A DNA stretch of 64,000 nt from Spirochaetia bacterium (GTDB lineage: Bacteria; Spirochaetota; Spirochaetia; DSM-2461), in assembly GCA_963668315.1 (NCBI GenBank), contig OY764216.1:3552001-3616000 (forward strand). Direction: 5' to 3'. Within the stretch, counting starts at the first letter, position 1. Each line of letters begins with the position of its first letter. The notes beneath the pieces were generated by a model. The model worked only from the letters and a program-made list of their open reading frames with translations. It was not told the DNA's origin and did no database searches. Positions 60,020 through 64,000 of the stretch are shown here, in pieces. The translations under genes and the position numbers were made by a program.

Positions 60020-60721
60020 ATGAAGGGAATTCAAATACTCCATATTCTGGCCGGCCGCACCGCCTGCCTACTCTGCGGCACCATAGACAGCTCCTCCCTG
60101 GTTCTGGGGATTTGTGCAAGATGCCGGCGTGATCTGAGGCGGGAAGAGACGGGAGTCAGGCAGCACCGACAATGCCGCCGTTGCGGAATGGATCTCTTAT
60201 CGGAAAAAGAGCTTTGCACCGAATGCCGCCGGGTAAATGACAAGGTGAGAAACACCTCTCTCTATGTCTACCGGGGCACCGTTAAGGATCTTATCCGTTT
60301 CTACAAATTTCAGGATCAGAAAAAGCTGGCCTGTTTTTTCGCCCATCAGATTCACCGCAGTCTTGTGAGACAAGGTCTGGAGGCATGGGTTCTGGTTCCC
60401 GTTCCCCCCGCAAAGGGCAAGATATTCCGCAAGGGCTGGGATCAGATCGATCTGATTCTTGCCGTTCTGGAACGGAAGGGCTGGCAAAGGGCCGATCTGC
60501 TGCTTAACAGGGGCAGAAGGTCTCAAAAGAGCCTGGATCGTACGGATAGGATCAGTCAGTCACCGGAACGCTATCATCTGCGGAAGAGTATTATCCTGCC
60601 CAGGAAGATACTCATAATCGATGATGTTTTCACCACAGGTGCGACAATCAAGGCATGCACCGAGGTTCTACTGGAAGGGGGAGCGGAACAGGTCCGCTCC
60701 CTTACCATAGCCCGGGACTAG
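60020..60721 (+). CDS. comF: ComF-family protein (double zinc ribbon + PRTase-like)
   Basis: Four CxxC motifs, 'VPVP', 'KGWDQ' and '[11 protein letters not shown]'. Confidence 0.88.
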   Translation: MKGIQILHILAGRTACLLCGTIDSSSLVLGICARCRRDLRREETGVRQHRQCRRCGMDLLSEKELCTECRRVNDKVRNTSLYVYRGTVKDLIRFYKFQDQKKLACFFAHQIHRSLVRQGLEAWVLVPVPPAKGKIFRKGWDQIDLILAVLERKGWQRADLLLNRGRRSQKSLDRTDRISQSPERYHLRKSIILPRKILIIDDVFTTGATIKACTEVLLEGGAEQVRSLTIARD

Positions 60722-62730
60722 GCTTTCTGGGCGAAATGGCTGAACTCCATGGAGAAGGTACCCCGTCCCTGAGTCTGACTCCTGAGGGACGTGGAATATC
60801 CGAACAGCTTGGAGAGGGGAGCCTGAGCCTTGACCAGTTCGAAGGAAGGCTTCGACTCCATGCTGCTGACAAGCCCGCCTCTCTGTGTAAGGCTGCTGAT
60901 CACATCCCCCACATAATCGGCAGGACACATGATATCCACATGCATGATGGGTTCCATCAAGACCGGAGACGCATTCCGGCAGGCATTATCCATACCCAGC
61001 GACGCGGCGGCTTCAAAGGCCAGCTCGGTACTCAGATTTTCGTCATATTCGCCGTCGAGGAGAGTGGCTTTTACGTCTATCATGGCGTAACCCATCAGCG
61101 TTCCCGACTGGAGGGCGTTCATCATGCCCCTCTTAACCGCTTCCTGTATATCCAGGGGAATCCGGTTCTTAGGAACCTCCGAATGGAAACTGTTGCCGGC
61201 ACCCCTGGTATCCGGTTCTATCCTGAACTTGATAACCGCACGGTTTTCCTTGCCGGCCAGGGTTTTCTCAAAAACTTCCCTGTGCTCATAGGCCGCCGTA
61301 ATGGCTTCCCGGTAGGAAACCTGGGGATTACCGACATTAGCCTCGACCTTATACTCTTTCCGGAGTCTTGTGGTCAGAACGTCCAGATGAAGCTCTCCCA
61401 TACCGGAAATAACCAGCTGTCCCGTCTCCTCATTCTCATTAACGGCGAAGGTGGGGTCTTCCTTGTGAAGCAGATCGAGAGCCTGCCTCATTTTATCCTG
61501 GTCGCTCATGGTCTTCGGTTCGATGGCCACGGAGATTACCGGTTCGGGAAAATCCATCGATTCGAGGAGTACGGGAAAACCTTCGCTTCCGATGGTGTCA
61601 CCGGTCTGCGCCAGCTTCATTCCCACGATTACGGCGATGTCTCCCGCCTCCAGGCTGCTGATCTGTTCATGATGATTTGAGTGCATTCTGAGAATCCGGT
61701 TCACCCTTTCCCGCTTCTTCTTGCTGATGTTCATAACGGCGGTGCCGCTTTTCAGCACGCCCGAATAGAGACGGACAAAACAAAGAGAACCCATTTCCCT
61801 GTCCTGCTGAATTTTGAAGACAAGACCGGCCAGAGGACCGTTTTTGTCCCTCTCCAGCTGAACTTCCTCATCCTTTTTCACATGATGGCAGGGAACGGCA
61901 GGCAGATCGGTGGGACCGGGAAGATAATCGATAACTCCGTCCAGAAGGGGCTGGACACCTTTATTTTTCAGGGAGGAGCCGACGAAAACAGGAACGATGT
62001 TCCGGGCGATAGTCTCTTTCCTGAGGACTTTCTTAAGAAGTTCCTCGGGAATGGGAGCTCCCTCCAGATAAAGCTCGGTGATCTCGTCGGAGAAAGCAGA
62101 AAGGCTGTCCACCATTTTCTCCCGCCACTCCTCGGCCAGAGCCTGACGGTCCTCGGCAATGGGAGAAAAAGAGAATTTCTCCCCCTGCGTCTCCATATCC
62201 CAGCGGATCTCCTCCATACGGAAGAGATCAATATTGCCCTCATAGGCCGTTTCCGCTCCGATGGGGAGGGAGAGGGGAATAGGAAGGGCCCCCAGTTTTT
62301 TCTCTATTTCGTCGAGAACATTATAAAAATCGGCTCCCGTTCTGTCCATTTTATTGACATACACGATCCGGGGGACTTCGTACTTATCGGCCTGGTGCCA
62401 GACCGTTTCCGACTGGGGCTCCACGGCTCCCACAGCGCAGAAGATGGCGACGGCACCGTCCAGTACTCTCAGGGACCGCTCAACTTCGGCCGTGAAATCC
62501 ACATGACCCGGAGTATCGATGATATTGATCTGGTTTTCCTTCCAGTAACAGGTAGTGGCGGCGGAAACGATGGTGATTCCCCGGTCCTGCTCCTGTTCCA
62601 TCCAGTCCATGGTCGCACTGCCGTCATCGACTTCGCCAATCTTATGGCTTTTGCCCGTATAATAAAGAATTCTTTCCGACGTAGTCGTTTTTCCGGCATC
62701 AATATGTGCCATGATTCCAATATTTCTCAT
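60718..62730 (-). CDS. fusA: Elongation factor G, spirochaete EF-G2-like paralogue
   Basis: '[15 protein letters not shown]', 'RGITI', 'DTPGHVDF', 'NKMDR' and 'GMGELHL'; domain IV loops are divergent. Start set at MRNIG from promoter position. Confidence 0.95.
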   Translation of the reverse strand: MRNIGIMAHIDAGKTTTSERILYYTGKSHKIGEVDDGSATMDWMEQEQDRGITIVSAATTCYWKENQINIIDTPGHVDFTAEVERSLRVLDGAVAIFCAVGAVEPQSETVWHQADKYEVPRIVYVNKMDRTGADFYNVLDEIEKKLGALPIPLSLPIGAETAYEGNIDLFRMEEIRWDMETQGEKFSFSPIAEDRQALAEEWREKMVDSLSAFSDEITELYLEGAPIPEELLKKVLRKETIARNIVPVFVGSSLKNKGVQPLLDGVIDYLPGPTDLPAVPCHHVKKDEEVQLERDKNGPLAGLVFKIQQDREMGSLCFVRLYSGVLKSGTAVMNISKKKRERVNRILRMHSNHHEQISSLEAGDIAVIVGMKLAQTGDTIGSEGFPVLLESMDFPEPVISVAIEPKTMSDQDKMRQALDLLHKEDPTFAVNENEETGQLVISGMGELHLDVLTTRLRKEYKVEANVGNPQVSYREAITAAYEHREVFEKTLAGKENRAVIKFRIEPDTRGAGNSFHSEVPKNRIPLDIQEAVKRGMMNALQSGTLMGYAMIDVKATLLDGEYDENLSTELAFEAAASLGMDNACRNASPVLMEPIMHVDIMCPADYVGDVISSLTQRGGLVSSMESKPSFELVKAQAPLSKLFGYSTSLRSQTQGRGTFSMEFSHFAQKA

Positions 62731-62737
62731 AGGGTGA

Positions 62738-62806
62738 ATCATAGCATAAAACACCTATCCGATCAATCTGCCCCGCATTGACAAAAGAAGGAAAAAGAGT
62801 GATGCT
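62738..62806. promoter_or_regulatory. Back-to-back divergent sigma70 promoters
   Basis: Minus strand: TTGATC-17-TATGAT-7-ATG (fusA). Plus strand: TTGACA-17-GATGCT-6-ATG (62813). Confidence 0.65.
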
Positions 62807-62812
62807 TTTCCC

Positions 62813-63169
62813 ATGAGACACAAGAGGAATTACCGGGTAATCTGGTTTCCCAGCCTGCTGAACAAAATCGTCATCTACACCCTGACCATGACCGTCTTTA
62901 TGCTGGTCCTGTACTTTTTCACCGGCAGGCAGCAGTTCTCCGACCGTTCTGTCAGCGCCATCATAGAACTGGCTCTGATCTATTCGGTCTGTTCTTTCTT
63001 CTTTTCCCTTACCGCCATCGGCGGTCGGATTTTCAGGAACCGCTATGTCTCCCATCTGAAAAAACAGCGGATATTCTGGCTTATCCTGATTATGGCCGCC
63101 ATGGCCGTGGTTTCCGTCTTTCTCTCCCTGCTTATCGTTCTTCAGACAGGTTACGGCTACGGGACTTGA
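62813..63169 (+). CDS. Small three-helix membrane hypothetical protein
   Basis: 118 aa with three hydrophobic segments and its own promoter. Confidence 0.7.
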   Translation: MRHKRNYRVIWFPSLLNKIVIYTLTMTVFMLVLYFFTGRQQFSDRSVSAIIELALIYSVCSFFFSLTAIGGRIFRNRYVSHLKKQRIFWLILIMAAMAVVSVFLSLLIVLQTGYGYGT

Positions 63170-63258
63170 ACGATTTGTGCTAAAAATAGACCGTTTATGA
63201 AAGGCGGCCATTGTAATTCCGGGTGATAATTATCCCATATTATCTTTAGGAGTTTATG

Positions 63259-64000
63259 ATGAATGAGAATTATAAATACGCATGCGATGCTTATAAAGCC
63301 CTTGGCGTCGACGTTGAAAAAGCCTTGGAGACATTAAAAACTGTTTCTCTGGGAATCCACTGCTGGCAGGGCGATGATGTGGGGGGCTTTGAAACGGCTG
63401 GTGCCGAACTCGGCGGCGGCGGTATACAGGTAACGGGAAACTACCCGGGAAAGGCCCGTTCCCTCGATGAATTGCGGAAGGATCTGGAAAAAGCCTTCTC
63501 CCTTATTCCCGGAACGCACCGTCTCAACCTGCACGCCAGTTATGCCGATTTTTCCCGGACCGGATGGGTGGACAGGGACAAGATCCAGCCGGAGCACTTC
63601 GATTCATGGATTGCCTGGGCGAAGGATCTGGGAATTAAAATCGATTTCAACGCCACTCTTTTTTCCCACCCCAAGGCCGATGACGGTTTTACTCTGAGCC
63701 ATCAGGATGACGGGATCAGACAGTTCTGGATTGATCATGTTAAACAGGCCCGGAAAATCGCCGCCCATATCGGAAAAGAGCTGGGCAGCCCCTGTATCCA
63801 CAACATATGGGCTCCCGACGGGGCCAAGGATATCCCCATTGACCGCTATGGCTACAGAAAGAGACTGATGGAGAGCCTTGATGACATCATGTCCCTTGAA
63901 CTCTCCAAGGAATACGTGAAGGATGCGGTGGAGTGCAAACTCTTCGGTATCGGCAGCGAATCCTTCGTGGTAGGTTCCCATGAGTTTTACATGGCCTACG
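63259..64000 (+). CDS. rhaA: L-rhamnose isomerase (3'-truncated by window edge)
   Basis: Reads '[11 protein letters not shown]...[13 protein letters not shown]', '[14 protein letters not shown]', 'NLHASY', 'NIWAPDG.KD' and '[21 protein letters not shown]'; SD AGGAG. Absent from the ORF track because there is no stop. Confidence 0.95.
   Translation, partial: MNENYKYACDAYKALGVDVEKALETLKTVSLGIHCWQGDDVGGFETAGAELGGGGIQVTGNYPGKARSLDELRKDLEKAFSLIPGTHRLNLHASYADFSRTGWVDRDKIQPEHFDSWIAWAKDLGIKIDFNATLFSHPKADDGFTLSHQDDGIRQFWIDHVKQARKIAAHIGKELGSPCIHNIWAPDGAKDIPIDRYGYRKRLMESLDDIMSLELSKEYVKDAVECKLFGIGSESFVVGSHEFYMAY

Noticed and set aside
23947..62781. Long antisense ORFs (e.g. 23947-25263, 38083-39369, 40306-41586, 41782-43050, 60655-61680, 61681-62781)
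   Set aside because: These are shadows of well-supported genes on the opposite strand, with no motifs or start signals.

Overview
Bacterial chromosome segment, almost certainly from a free-living anaerobic spirochaete (Spirochaetaceae-like). This rests on the tamB-bamA-skp-mutS gene order, an EF-G2-type fusA, a PUR-domain protein, an 'AGGGQEE' solute-binding-protein signal and a yebC-ruvCAB-queA block. Bases 1-22640 are accessory-looking and lie 3' of a tRNA-Thr(CGT). They carry a YesM/YesN-like two-component pair, a sugar ABC transporter, AraC, a domain-permuted GH3 glycosidase and TetR. They also carry a decaying Crp-controlled flavoprotein locus, a 1748-aa Ig-repeat surface lipoprotein paired with a beta-barrel/transglutaminase-like/TPR protein, an MCP, a VOC protein and DUF1810. 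Bases 22948-64000 are mostly housekeeping: ppdK, serC, mgtE, murB, gpmI, ruvCAB, queA, exbBD/tonB-like-tamB-bamA-skp-mutS, comF, fusA2 and partial rhaA. Embedded there is a tightly coupled, uncharacterised trans-envelope signalling cluster (25759-33157): a hypothetical protein, a metallophosphoesterase, a Hanks kinase, two membrane proteins with degenerate FHA domains (one with periplasmic vWA), a tandem-PUR protein and an Hsp70-SBD-like/OmpA protein. That cluster and the adhesin/transglutaminase pair are the best candidates for undescribed systems. Many stand-alone genes appear to be leaderless. No CRISPR, integrase or transposase was seen. All calls come from motif reading by eye; no database search was run.
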